Shown here in pieces: positions 13,482 to 26,381 of a DNA stretch of 64,000 nt. A program made the position numbers and the translations under genes. The stretch lies in the NCBI RefSeq assembly GCF_009914755.1, contig NC_060942.1, one strand, 5' to 3'. This stretch comes from the human T2T-CHM13v2.0 reference genome, Homo sapiens. Position 1 is the stretch's first letter. Every line of letters begins with the position of its first letter. The notes under the pieces are model-generated. The model saw nothing but the letters and a program-made list of their open reading frames with translations, searched no databases and was not told the origin of the DNA.

Positions 13482-14621
13482 ACTTTTCTTTTTAAATAAA
13501 TTTTAAGTCACATCTTTTTAATTTTATTTAATTTTGTTTTTATTTTTAACTTTTAAGTTTAGGGGTACATAAATAGGATGTGCAGGTTTGTTACACAGGT
13601 AAATGTGTGTCACGGGGATTTGTTGTACAGATTATTTCATTACCCAGGTATTAAGCCTAGTACAAATGAGACACATTAATTATTTTTTCTGATCTTCTCC
13701 CTTCTCCCACCCTGCACCCTCTGGTAGGCCCCAGTGTCTGTTTTCCCCTCTATGTGTTCATGTGTTCTCATCACTTAGCTCCCACTTATAAGTGAGAACA
13801 GGTAGTATTTAGTTTTCTGTTTCTGTGTTAGTTTGCTAAGGATAATGGCCTCCAGCTCCATCCATGTCCTGCAAAGGACATAGTCTCATTCTTATTTATG
13901 ACTGCATAGTATTAATATTCCATGGTGTATATGTACTACATTTTCTTTATCCAGTCTATCATTGATGGACATTTGGGTTGATTCCATGTCTTTGCTATTG
14001 CGAATAGTGCTGCAATGAACATAAGAGTACATGTATCTTTATAATAGAACAATTTATATTCCTTTGGGTGTATACCCAGTAATGAGATTGCTGGGCCTAA
14101 TAGTATTTCTGTCTTTAGATCTTTGAGGAATCACCACACTGTCTTTCACAATGGTCGAACTAATTTACACTCCCACCAATAGTATATAAGGGTTTCTTTT
14201 TCTCCACAACCTCCTCGACAGCATCTGTTATTTTTGACTTTTTTTCGTAGTTTTTTAATTTTTTTTGAGACAGAGTCTCACTCTGTTGCCCAGGCTGGAC
14301 TGACTGCAGTGGCACAGTCTCAGCTCACTGCAACCTCTGCCTCCCGAGTTCAAGCAACTATCTGCCTTAGCCTCCCGAGTAGCTGGGATAACTGGCACCC
14401 ACCACCACGCCTGGCTAATTTTTATATTTTTAGTACAGACCAGCTTCCACCATCTTGGCCAGCCTGATCTTGAACTCCTGACCTCGTGATCCATCCTCCT
14501 CGGCCTCACAAAGTGCTGGGATTACAGGTGTGAGCCACCACGCCTGGCCTATTTTTGACTTTTTAATAATGGCCATTCTGACTGGTCTGAGATGGTATCT
14601 CACTGTGGTTTTGATTTGCAT
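13482..14621 (-). mobile_element. 5'-truncated L1PA (L1PA13-16-like) 3' end
   Basis: Antisense L1PA 3' UTR (GGGGTACAT...GTGCAGGTTTGTTACACAGGTAAA...ACCCAGGTATTAAGCCTAGTAC). TSD AGGAAATACTTTT at 13469-13481 and 14622-14634. Confidence 0.9.
14244..14549 (-). mobile_element. AluS (Sg/Sc-like)
   Basis: Antisense Alu with CCTGACCTCGTGATCC. TSD TATTTTTGACTTTTT at 14229-14243 and 14550-14564. Confidence 0.93.
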
Positions 14622-15063
14622 AGGAAATACTTTTCAACTCATCTTATGAGGCCGAAATTATTCCGATACCCAAAGTAGACAAAGATCACAAGAACACTAG
14701 AGTCCAACATCCCTTATGAGCATATGGACAAAAATCCTCCAAAGAACAATTTAGCACACTTAATCCAGCAATAAATAGAAAGAGAATGTGTCATGACCAA
14801 TAGGAGTCTACCCTAGAAATGTAAGATTGTTTCAACATTTGAAAATCAATTGATGTCATTTACCACATCAACACACAAAAGAAGGAAAACAATATAGTCA
14901 TCCACAAATGTTGACATTCATTCACAATAAAATCTATCATTCTCAAGAAAGGGAGCTTCACCTGTTAAAGGGCATCTACAGAAAACCTAACGCTAAAATA
15001 GTATTTAATTGAGAAGGAATAAATGCTTTCCCCCACAGACTGGGAACCAGCAAAGATGACTGC

Positions 15064-17424
15064 TTATATGGTTTGGCAGTGTCTCCACCAAAATCTCATC
15101 TTGAATTCCCACATGTTGTGGGAGGGATCTGGTGGGAGGTAATTGAATCATTGGGGGCAGGTCTTTCCCATGCTGTTCTCATGATAGTGAATAACTTTCT
15201 TGAGATCTGATGGTTCTGTAAGAAGGAGTTTCACTGCACAAGCTCTTAAACTCTTTTTTTTTTTTTTTTTGCCTGCTGCCATCCATGTAAGACATGACTT
15301 GCTCCTCCTTGCCTTCTGCCATGATTATGAGGCCTCACCAGCCATGTGGAACTGTAAGTCCATTAAACTTTTTTCCTGTATAAATTACCCAAACTTGGGT
15401 ATGTCTTTATTAGCAGTGTGAAAACAGACACACTGCTAATAAAGACAGACATGCTGCTAATAAATTGATACAGAGAGTGGGGTATTGCAGAAAAGATACC
15501 CAAAAATGTGGAATTGACTTTGAAACTGGGTAAGAGGCAGAGGTTGGAACAGTTTGGAGGGCTCAGAAGAAGACAGGAAAATGTAGGAAAGTTTGGAACT
15601 TCCTAGAGATTTGTTAAATGACTTTGACAAAAATTTGAACAATAAGGTCCAGACTGAGGTGATTTGATAGTGATTTGAACAATAAGGTCCAGGCTGAGGT
15701 GGTCTCAGATGGAGATGAGAGACTTGTTGGGAACTGGAGCAAAGGTGACTCTTGTTATGTTTTAGCAAAGTGGCTGGCACCATTTTGCCCCCACCCTAGA
15801 GATCTGTGGAATTTTGAACTTGAGAAAGTTGTTTAGGGTATCTGGTGGAAGAAATTTCTAAGCCACCAAGCATTCAAGAGGTGACTTGGGTGCTGTTAAA
15901 GGCATTCAGTTTTATAAGGGAAGCAGAGCATAAAATTTCAGAAAATTATCAGCCTGACAATACAATAGAAAAGATAATCTCATTTTCTGAGGAGAAATTC
16001 AAGCCGGCTGTAGAAATTTGCATAAGTGACAAGGAGCTGAATGTTAATACCCAAGACAATGGGGAAAATGTCTCCAGGACATGTCAGAGGTCTTCATGGC
16101 AGCCCCTCCCATCACAGGCCCAGAAGTCTAGGAGGAAAAAGTGGTTTGGTGGGCTGGGCCCAGGGTCCCCATGCTTCATGCAGCCTAGGGACTCGGTGCC
16201 CTGCATCCCAGCCACTCCAACCACGGCTGGAGGGTGCCAATGTAGTGCTCAAGCCATGGCTTCAGAGGGTGCAAGCTTCAAGCTTTGGCAGCTTCCACAT
16301 GGTGTTGAGCCTCTAGGTACACAGAAGTCAAGAACTGAGGTTTGAAAACCTCTACCTGTATTTCAGAGGATGTACAGAAATGCCTAGATGCCCAGGCGGA
16401 AGTTTGCTGCAGGGGTGGGATCCTCATGGAGAACCTGTGCTAGGGCAGAGCAGAAGGGAAATGTGGGGTCAGAGCCCCCACACAGAGTTCCTACTGGGGC
16501 ACCACCTGGTGGAGTTCTGAGAAGAGGGCCACTGTCCTCCAGATCTCAGAATGGTAGATCCACTGACGGCTTGCACTGTGCACCCGGAAAAGCTGCAGAC
16601 ACTCAATGCCAGCTAGTGAAAGCAGCCAGGAGAGGGTCTAAACCCTGCAAAGCCACCAAAGCAGAGCTGCCTAAGGCCGTGGAAGCCCACCTCTTGCATC
16701 AGCATGACCTGGATGTGAGACATTAGTCAAAGGAGATCATTTTGGAGCTTTAAGATTTGACTGCCCCACTGGATTTCAGATTTGCATGTGGCCTGTAGCT
16801 CCTTTGTTTTGGCAAATTTCTCCCATTTGGAATGGCTGTATTTACCCAATGCCTGTACCCCCATTGTATCTAGGCAACAAATAACTTGTTTTTGATTTTA
16901 TAGGCTCATAGATGGAAGGGACTTGCCTTGTCTTGGACGAGACTTTGGACTGTGGACTTTTGAGTTAACGCTGAAATGAGTTAAGACATTAAAGGACTGT
17001 TGGGAAGGCATGATTGGTTTTGAAATGTGAGGACATGAAATTTTGGAGGGGCCAGAGATGGGATGATATGGTTTGGTGGTGTCCTCACCCAAATCTCATC
17101 TTAAATAACCACATGTTGTGGGAAGGATCCAGTGTGAGGTAATTGAATCATGGGGGCAGGTCTTTCCAGTGCTATTCTTGTGACAGGGAATAAGTCTGAT
17201 GAGATCTGACGGTTCTATAAGGGGCAGTTTCCCTGCACAAGCTCTCTCTTTGCCTGCTGCCACCCATGTAAGACGTGACTTGCTCCTCCTTGCCTTCCTC
17301 CATGATTGTGAGGTCTCCCCAGCCATGTGGAACTGGAACTGTAAGTTCATCGAACCTTTTTTTCTATATAAATTACCCAGTCTCAGGTATGTCTTTACTG
17401 GCAGCATTAAAACAGACTAATACG
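15064..17424 (+). mobile_element. Full-length THE1 (THE1A/B, ERVL-MaLR) provirus: LTR-internal-LTR
   Basis: 5' LTR 15064-~15430 (T[T]ATATGGTTTGG...). THE1-int ~15460-17063, containing a decayed MaLR ORF (15845-16345 and neighbours). 3' LTR 17064-17424 (TGATATGGTTTGG...GACTAATAC[G]). 5-bp TSD ACTGC at 15059-15063 and 17425-17429. Confidence 0.95.
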
Positions 17425-20400
17425 ACTGCTTTCACCACTCCAATTCAACATCACACTGATAGTCTGAGGCAATGCAATGAGGGAAGAAAAATAAATTACA
17501 AGTATATAGATTGGAATGGCAGAAATAAAACTTTCTGTATTCACAGGTAGTAATCTACTTAGAAAATCCCAAGGATCCTAAGAAAATCTTTTACAACTAA
17601 TAAGTGAAATTTAGCAAGAACATTAGCTACAAGATCAATAAACAAACTAAATGCATTTCTATATCTCAGTAATGAACAAATGAAAATTAAAATTTCTGAA
17701 ACAATATTTCTTGCAATAGCTCCTTGAAACATTAAAAACGTATTTTGTTATAAATTCAACATGATATGAGTAATATGACAAAATATGTGTATGACGTGCA
17801 TGCTGTAAACTATACAACGTGAATGAGAGAAATCACAGATAAAGATAAAAAGTGAGATGGCATGTCCATGAACTAGAAGACCCCCTGTTGTTGATGTGTC
17901 AATTCTTCCTACACTGACTTACAAACTCAGTGCAATCCCAGTGAAAATCCTAGCAGGATTATTTTTAGAAGCGATTCTGAAATGTACACAGTTAAGCAAA
18001 GGAACCAGAACAACCAAAATAATTTTGGAAAAGAACAATTTTTGAGAGTTCAAATACCTAAATTCAAGACTTCATGTAAACCTACAGTAATCAAGACAAT
18101 ATGGTATTATGAAAAGGATAAACATGTGGATCAATGAAATAAAATAGAATCCAGAAACAGGTCCACATGTGCATGGTAAAATGATTTATGACCAAGGTGC
18201 AAAGCAATTTAGTAGAAAAGTAATTAGTCTTTTCAATAAATATGTTATGACAAATAGACATCTACATAAAGAAAACCTTGACCTCTCTGACACACCAGAA
18301 ACAAATTTACCTCAAAATGAATCATAGAACTAAATGCAAAATGGAAAACTACAAAACTTCCAGAAGAAAACAGGCAAAAATCTTTGCCAGCTTAATTTGG
18401 GGAAAAAATTTTAGATGCAACATATAAAGCATGTTTCATAAAAATGTTAATAAGTTGGATATCAAAAAGTTTAAAACCTCTGCTCTCCAAAAGACACCAT
18501 TAGCAAAATGAAAACTGTAGTCACAGGCTGAGAGGAATATTTGCAAAATACATATGTGATAAAGAACTTGTGTCTAGCATACGTAAATAATTCCCAAGTT
18601 TAATAATAAGGGAAAGCATACATAACAAAAAATGGATAATTCACCAAAGAAGACATATGAATGGAAAATAAATTCATGAAATGATGTCTAACACCATTAG
18701 TAAACAGAGAAAGCGAAGTAAAACCACAACGAGATTCCACTTCACACTCATGAGAGTATTTCAAAAAGAAACCTGAAATGCCAAGTGCTGGAGTGCTGGT
18801 GAGGACAAGAACTCCTGAAATTCTCATTCGTTGCTGGTGGGAACATTACTGATATGGCCACCTGAAAACAGCTTGACAGTTTCTCAAGAAGTTAACCGTA
18901 CACTTACCTTTTGACCCAGCAATCCCCTCCTAGGTATTATCCTAGAGAAAAGCAAGTTATGTTCCTACAAATACCAGTGCACACATGTTCAGAGTAGAAT
19001 TATTCACAATCGCTCCATCTGGAGCCAATCCAAATGTTCTTCAACTGGCGAATGGATAAACAAACCGTGGAGCATCCGTAGAAGAAAATATTCCTCGGTG
19101 TAAATAGGAACCAACTACTGAAACACACGATGACACAGATGACCCTTAAATGCATCATGCTGTGAGAAAGAAGCCACACCCCAAAGGCTACATACCATAT
19201 GGTAATTCTATGACATTCTGAAAAAGATAAATTATAGAAACAAACCAGTGCATGTCAGGGGGTGGGGCCAGGGTAAGGGTTCACCACAGAGGGGCACAAG
19301 GAGACTTTTGGGAGTGAAGGAAACGTTCTGCACCATATTTTAATTGTAGTAGTGGTTATATGGCTGCATTAAATCAGCTAATAAAACCATACACTAAAAG
19401 GAAGATTCTATTTTGTAAATTATAAATCAAATACACTACATTTTAAAATAATTAATGTGAACTTACTGTTTGTTGTAGCTTAGACAAAACTTTAACCGTT
19501 TGATACATTTTAATAAAATAGATAAACAACAAATATAATTTCTGCTTTAAAAAATGGAATGTAACAAACTGGAGAAATTACTAATTAGCTAGTGTCAGGA
19601 CACATACTTGTGTTGCTATGTCTCATTTAACTATACGTGACTGTCCCTCCCTGTCACCACTGCATGAGCTTGCAGCCCTTACAAGTGTAAGCGCCTGTAT
19701 TTGTTTCCAATTGAATGACAGTAGTAGAGAAAGGAGATATTATCCACCTGAACATCTCTTATAAGAGTGAATTTACAGTTTTATACCTACAATGCTTAGG
19801 TATTTTTAACTCCTTGCCATATTCAGAAGCTGCTGTTTAAAAAAGATCCTTGCATTTTAGCATGTAGAAGTGTCAATGCAATCCATGTCCAGGTCTCATT
19901 TCCTCATTCAACAGACACCCAACCTGTGGTCCATCAGAGAGGGGAGGAGGAAGAAACACCACAACCTCACTTTGCTTCCCCTGTCCTATTTCTGTAGGGT
20001 CCTGTGTGCTGCATCTGCCCCATGTCCTGTGGGGATCCCCGTTGACTGAACTGAGCTGGCTGGTGGACCCCAAGCTGCTTGCAGATGTGGTTCAGGAGGC
20101 TCAGCTTCCTAAGGCACAGAGTGGAACATGGATCTCAAAGGACACAGGAAAGACATCCAACATCATATTCGTTAAAAAGAACATTTCATTTTGCTTTGTC
20201 AACATCTATCACTCTTTCCTCTCACAGGTTAGGTTTTCCCAGTCCTAGGAAATCCTTGGTGTACAGGCTTTCTGGGATTGCTGCACATCAGTTTTTCAGT
20301 GATTTGGGGCTTAATTACACTTTTGCTTGGATAGTTGTGTTATCTTTCATTCCAAACTAGAAAAGGGAGTCTCCAGGCTTTCATAGGAATGCCTTTAAAG

Positions 20401-20564
20401 GGTAAATAAATTTCGTGAATCTAAACAGTCTGAATAAGAATCTGGAAAATGAAGCACTGGAGAATGTTTGCATACCTTCTGTTCACAATAACAACAGCAA
20501 TGTAAAGAAATTTGAAACTCTTTAAAAAAAAAGCCATAGAAGAAAATAATGGCCCCAATATTAA

Positions 20565-20820
20565 TATAATAGTTAAAATCACAGACTTTGAAGCCAGCGT
20601 GATTCTGCATGAATTACGGCTCTTGCATTTCTCTGTGTGATCTTGGATAGCTTACTATCCAAGTATTTTGCTGTGTGATCTTGGATAAGTTACTATCTTA
20701 CTTGTGCCTCTTTCTTTTTCTGAGAAATAGCATTAATAACAGTACTCTGTAGTAAAATATGTCTCCCTTTTAGAATAGTACTGGTGTGTATTAAGTGCCA
20801 TAAAATTGTTTTCTATGAAG
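20565..20820 (+). mobile_element. MIR relic
   Basis: AGTTAAAATCACAGACTTTGAAGCCAG...CTGTGTGATCTTGGATAAGTTACT...GTGCCTC, i.e. the MIR head and core. Confidence 0.7.
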
Positions 20821-21361
20821 TGAAATATGACATGCCTTAAAACAGTTAATGGCATGTAAGAAAAGAAATAAAGTTGACTTCGATATTTTAAACATTTTCT
20901 TTCAAGGGGCACAGATTTAATAAAATAGGTTTACATTTTTTTCTCACCAGTCCAAACTCTTTGGTTTTTAAATACATAAAATTTTATAGTCCTAACTGTG
21001 TAAGGTTGGTCAGTTTTTTTTTCAAAAAATTTACAAGAAGCCATGGGCAGATGGTCAAAATGCAAATATAGTAATAATTAAATTAAAATATAATGAGTTA
21101 CTCAGCCAACATTGGAGATAAAGGGATCAGGGACAATTTAGAATTTCTAGTTTCCAGATCCCACATAATAGGAAGTCAATAAATACTTTCTATTGTTGAT
21201 ACAATGAGAAATAAAGTGAGATATATTATTTATACTAAATCAATTGAAAAACAAAAAGTAGCAACGGATAACAGTGTGTCTGACTAAAATCTTTCATCAT
21301 TCCAAGCAGGTAGAGAATAGGCATTTTCTGAAATGAATAAATAAAGAGAGGTAAAGGCATC

Positions 21362-21790
21362 TGCATTAGTCTGCTTCAGCTGCCATAGCCATACCACAGA
21401 CTGTGTGTCTTAACAGACATTGACTTCTGACAGTTCTGGAGGCTGGAAAGTCCAAGACCAAGGTGCCAGATGTCTCAGTTCCCGGTGAGGACTCTCTTTC
21501 TGGCTTGCAGACAGCTGCCTTCTCACTGCTTCCTCACATGGTGGCATGGCAGGGGTTGGGGGAGAGAGGGAGGAGAGAAGAGAGAGAAAGAGAGAGCACG
21601 CACAAGCACACACTCTGGTATCTCTTTCTCTTCTTATAGAGGCACTGATTCCATCACGAGGGCCTCAAACTCATGACCTCGTTTAAAACTAATTACCTCC
21701 CAAATGCCCCAGCTCCATACCCCATCAAATTAAGGGTTAGAGCTTCAACATATGAATTTTGAGGGGACACAAATACTTATTTTGTTATGG
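21362..21790 (-). mobile_element. MLT1A-type MaLR solo LTR
   Basis: CAGTTCTGGAGGCTGGAAAGTCCAAGACCAAGGTGCCAG...GCTTCAACATATGAATTTTGAGGGGACACAAA, the reverse complement of the MLT1A/A0 consensus. Confidence 0.85.
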
Positions 21791-24700
21791 TGTTAACCAC
21801 CAGAATAATTAAAGATAATATGTTTGAGTAGGACTGGGAAATAGAAAAGATGTTTATTTTTTACATTTAATCACCAACATATTGTTGGCTTTATTTTTTC
21901 CTACATACACACATTAAAAATAAAAAGAAACAGAACTTTGGAAAAGCACTCCAAAAACTGTATATTTATACTGTGCAGAGCAACATCCTTATTACCGGGG
22001 TTATTTTTCTGGATTGAAAGGAAGCCAAGCAGGGACATTGCTGAAATCATTGTCAAAATACTTTCTACGTGGCTCAAACAGAAAACATTCCTTAGGCATG
22101 TTCACAGGGAAATATAGTTTTAAACGTTATTTTCCTTTGTTTTTAAAGGTTATTTTCCTTTTTTTAAAAACATTTTTTTCTTTTATTTTTTAATCATTAG
22201 GTCCTTACAAAGAAATGAAATAATAATATTGCCATAATTAAGATACAAGAAAACTTCAAACACAGAGGTTGTTTGTTTGTTTGTTTTTATGATACCTAAG
22301 GAAAAAATCTGATCACCATTTAGAATGAGGATCTGAATAACCATGATGTGTTGTATAGCTTCAAAAATAATTTGTTTGTGGCTGTGACAGTTTAAATCAG
22401 TAACTTCTTACTTCTTTGTAAGGTAAATAGCTTTTCTGACTTCCAAATTGCAAGGACAACTTCGGGTCAATATCAGGTGTCTGGCTGATATGAAATAAAC
22501 AAGACTGCCAAAATGGGAGAAGAATGGCATGCACCTGCCCCAGATACTGACACAACCACCTATTTCTGGAAGCTTTTGGACTCCAGGGAGTGCTCAAAGA
22601 GTCCAGAGGCTACTTAGTCAACCAGCCAGTTCTGGAGTTCGTTAATTCTGGAATTCATAATTCAGCGCACATACAGATGGTGTTTGAAGCCAGGAGATCT
22701 TTAAACTGTCTCTCTACTAGAACCTTTCAGTCCTAGCTCTTCTTGGGGAGACAGAAACACTTCTTTAAAGCAGAAGGAAAAAGGAGGCCAAGGTTAAACA
22801 CTGCTCTGGGAAGGTAATGGCAATAAACAAGCGATGAAACAGCTCAACCGAACTTTCTCAGGACTGCACTTCACAGGGGCCCATGCTGCTATTCGGGTGA
22901 CAGTGCTGAAAATGGCACTTTATTGCGGCTTCTATGGCTTCTTCCTCTCCTTCAGCACAGCATAGAACTAAAGAACAAAACACCGATGAGGACGATGATT
23001 ACTGAGGAATGCGGTGAAAGTGAGCTACCATTCAGTCTCACTATTTAGAGCAGAAGAATTGCCTTGAAATTACCATCATTTTTAAACTTCACCTTTTCAC
23101 CAACTTGAAGAGTTATCTGTGCCCACCATTTCTATCAACCTAGCTTAAAATCTGCCTATTCTACAGTATTTTCTAAATTGATGTTTAGTTATTAAACCGC
23201 GATTGCCACAGGTCCTCACTGTACTTTTAAAATTTGATCTCCATGGGACTGTAGGAATCTGAAGTTTCCATAAGCACATATTCTCACTCTTTCCTCGTCA
23301 CAGGAAATATACATTCATTTTAGAGGTGCGGGGGCAATTACAGTAGCCGACGCAGGCCTCCAGCAGCTAATCAAAGTAATAGGCTGAAAGTTCTCAACTT
23401 CTCAGGAGACAGCATCATTGCCTCCAGCTGATACAAGCCAAACAGCACGATGGCCTTCAAAATAACGACACCACCAGGCTAAATAAAGTTTTAAACTAAC
23501 GCATCACTGTATATGAGCATGCTGAACACGGCTTCAGAGAGAGGACAGAAAAAGAGGGAATTTCATGACATAAAAAGACATCTGTTGCCTCCTGCTTCTT
23601 GGAGCCTCGTGTTGCCAGGTTCCTGTAGCTAGCTTTTGGTCCACTCGTATTTCTAGGACAGGCAGAAATCTTCCCAGTGAGCTCTTGGAGTGCAAACCTC
23701 AGAACTTCAATAGCCACACTACGAGGTAATAAATACAATACCGATGTGGGTCATTTCTTGAAATATCCATATCCTTCACGTGGTAAAGCACTGAGGCAGC
23801 CAGAAGCACATCAAATTGAAGGAGGTGGAAAAACACCTATCTTCAAAAAACAACCGAGAACTAAAGTTATTTCCTAATAGAAGAAAAAGACCAAATGGCT
23901 GGGATTCCCTCCCGTTTTATTACGAATGTCCATTTCCGGTTTTTGTTACACTTTATTGCCTCAAAAACTTGAGTGCCTCTGTCTCCAACGGCGCTCATTC
24001 TTTCCAGCCATTTCCCGCTGCATTAGTGACAAAAACCCATCAGTGGGGCCTATTCTATTTCAGCTTTATCACATCGCTGTACTCAGGAGGGCTGAACGCA
24101 ATTTAAAAAATAAAACTGTGATTTCTGTCATCTGAAACCTGCTTGGAAAACTCACATGAAAATATGTCAGGGGGATGATGGAGGTGGAACGAAGAGGGAA
24201 AACGCCTCCACTTTAAAAAGTTTCTGCCTATTGCGGTAGAAAATCCACATCGATTGTCAAAGCACCGACCCTGCACAGTTCCCAAGGCTGAACGGCAATT
24301 TGGAACTGGCTATTGAACCCGGTGTTTCACTTTAGAGATTCTGGACAGAATATTTTTATTAAGCTATTTTCCAAATGAACGGCTTTCCCGGATTCCAGGA
24401 GGCTCTTTCTATTCAGTACCAAGACTTGGGAAGTGCCTGATCCTTCACCTGGCACCTGCTGTGTTGGCATGCTCGGCTCCCCTTTCCGCCTCTGTACAGG
24501 GTTTCCCAACCTGCCTCTCCTCTTGCCTTACCTCTCCTGCGAGGCAAGTCCTTAAGGACACTCGTTTTTCTTCCCTGAGCCTTTCTTGGCCTTCATAGCC
24601 TCATTGCCTTATTGTCACACTATGGATTGGTTCTCAGCTTGTGTAAGTGACTTACAGAATTACTCACGAAACCACAGAACCGCAGAACATTCGCAGTTGT

Positions 24701-24879
24701 AATAAAGTAGGAAAACCAGACAAAGGTCCTGAATTCAAGACACAAGCCCATTGGTGTTCCAGCCTCCAGTGTAGGGTCTGCACGCCTATGACCATCTTCT
24801 TTAATTTTTCTGAGCTCCAACTTCTTTTTTTTTGTTTGTTTTCTTTTTAATTGGAGCATAGAATTATACTGAATGAGAT

Positions 24880-25175
24880 AACATGTGAATCGGTTGACCT
24901 TCAGCTGAAAGGTCATCTCCCCAAAACATGTTTCCATGACTCCTCCAGGTTCACCTTCCTCTCTACGCCTCCCATGTTGGACTCCACTCCATCATGACGT
25001 GGTCAGGTTTCGTTGCAGTTTATTCCATATGTGCTTTCCCTATTTGGTAGTCAAGTGTCTCAAAGACAAAGACTTGCCTTATGTACATTTGTAGTTTTCT
25101 CCAAGGGAGGAAAATAACAAATAGTAACTACTTGATAACATGGTAGATACTTATATATTTGACAAATGAATCAAA
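24880..25175 (+). mobile_element. L2 3' fragment
   Basis: TCAGCTGAAAGGTCATCTCC...CATGGTAGATACTTATATATTTGACAAATGAAT resembles the L2 tail. Confidence 0.5.
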
Positions 25176-26381
25176 GCACATTGTAGACTGTAAAGTACCC
25201 TATGAACATAAGGTGCTACTAAATGCAAATACAAGCCACAGCTCTAAGGCCTCCTAACATGATTTATGTCAACATCTTTATTTCATACAAGAGGGAACAA
25301 GGGTACAAAGGATGGAATGACATTATTATATCCCCTGGCTCGTTACCAATACATTTGAAACCATAGCCAAGTCTCTTGACTCTCCATTCAGAGCTCCCTT
25401 CACCACCTCCACCTCTTCACCTCGTTATTTGTATGTATTGACTCACTGTGGAGATTATAACATTTTTAAATCTGAAAGTCATGTAATCTACTTCTGATAA
25501 ACTTATCTCAAAGGATTTCCATAAACGTTTGAAAATAACAATGATGATATTGGTTGTGGTGACGATGTTAGTGATGAAAAATTATTTTAGGTCATAAAAT
25601 TTTGGGGTTTCCATCGTATTTCCAATATCGACCTAAACTAACATATACATATAAACTATCATAACACATTTATTGGAATTAAAAAATAATGTAATTTATT
25701 TCTTTTGGAAAAGTCAGGTAGAATTAGTAAGCAAATTTCAAGCAGGTGCTTTAGTTCTTTGTATGTGGATATGTGTCCTTCCACTTATGAAATCATAGTT
25801 GACTGGATAATCTGAAGTCTCTTTCTGTTATAATATAACCATATCCCAGGGTAAATGACCACAAACTTGTTTTTTAATCCTTTGTTGAGCTCAATGGAAA
25901 GTAAGGGAAATCTCCAAAAGCAAACAAACACAAACCTCAAACAAACCAGTGAAAAGTGAGAACTGGATAAATATAAAATCAAGGATTACTGTAAAGACAG
26001 ATGCCTGTAACTGTATCAATTGCTAGGAAACGATTTGCTAAGTCCACAGCAAAATGGTAGGGGTAGTGGTGGGTGAGATAAACCTGGAACCCCCATTTCC
26101 TTAATCAGGACCCCCAAAGGGGGTTTAATGTGAACCTCGATTATTAGTGTTGATTGATTTCCAGAAGAAGCAAATGCAAATTTCCAAAGGAAATCAACTC
26201 TAATCTAAGCCTCAGGATTTCTGCGACTTACAGGCAATAAAAATATTACTGCAAAATCTGACCAATGTCTTTGTACTTGAAGTGGCTTAAATGTATACAA
26301 TATAGTTGGGTCTTATTTTGCTTCTAGGCAAATTGATAATCTTTGTCTTTTAAAGCTGGTGTGACTGGACCACTTACATTT

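Larger units (their letters stand above)
12410..19440 (+). mobile_element. Internally deleted old L1M element (5'UTR-like start, ORF1 remnant, ORF2, L1MC/MD/ME-type 3' UTR), interrupted by younger insertions
   Basis: L1M 5'UTR-like text at ~12410-12750 (AAGCTGAACAAACTGAAAAT...CTTGGATCCAT). ORF1-like ACACCTAGATATGTCGTATTC at ~12890. ORF2 segments at 12960-13481, 14635-15063 and 17425-18800 (e.g. GACCCAGCAATCCCCTCCTAGGTAT). The 3' UTR ends ~19435. Confidence 0.8.

Noticed and set aside
15845-16726. 166-aa and 112-aa ORFs as a gene
   Set aside because: They are broken remnants of the THE1-int MaLR ORF.
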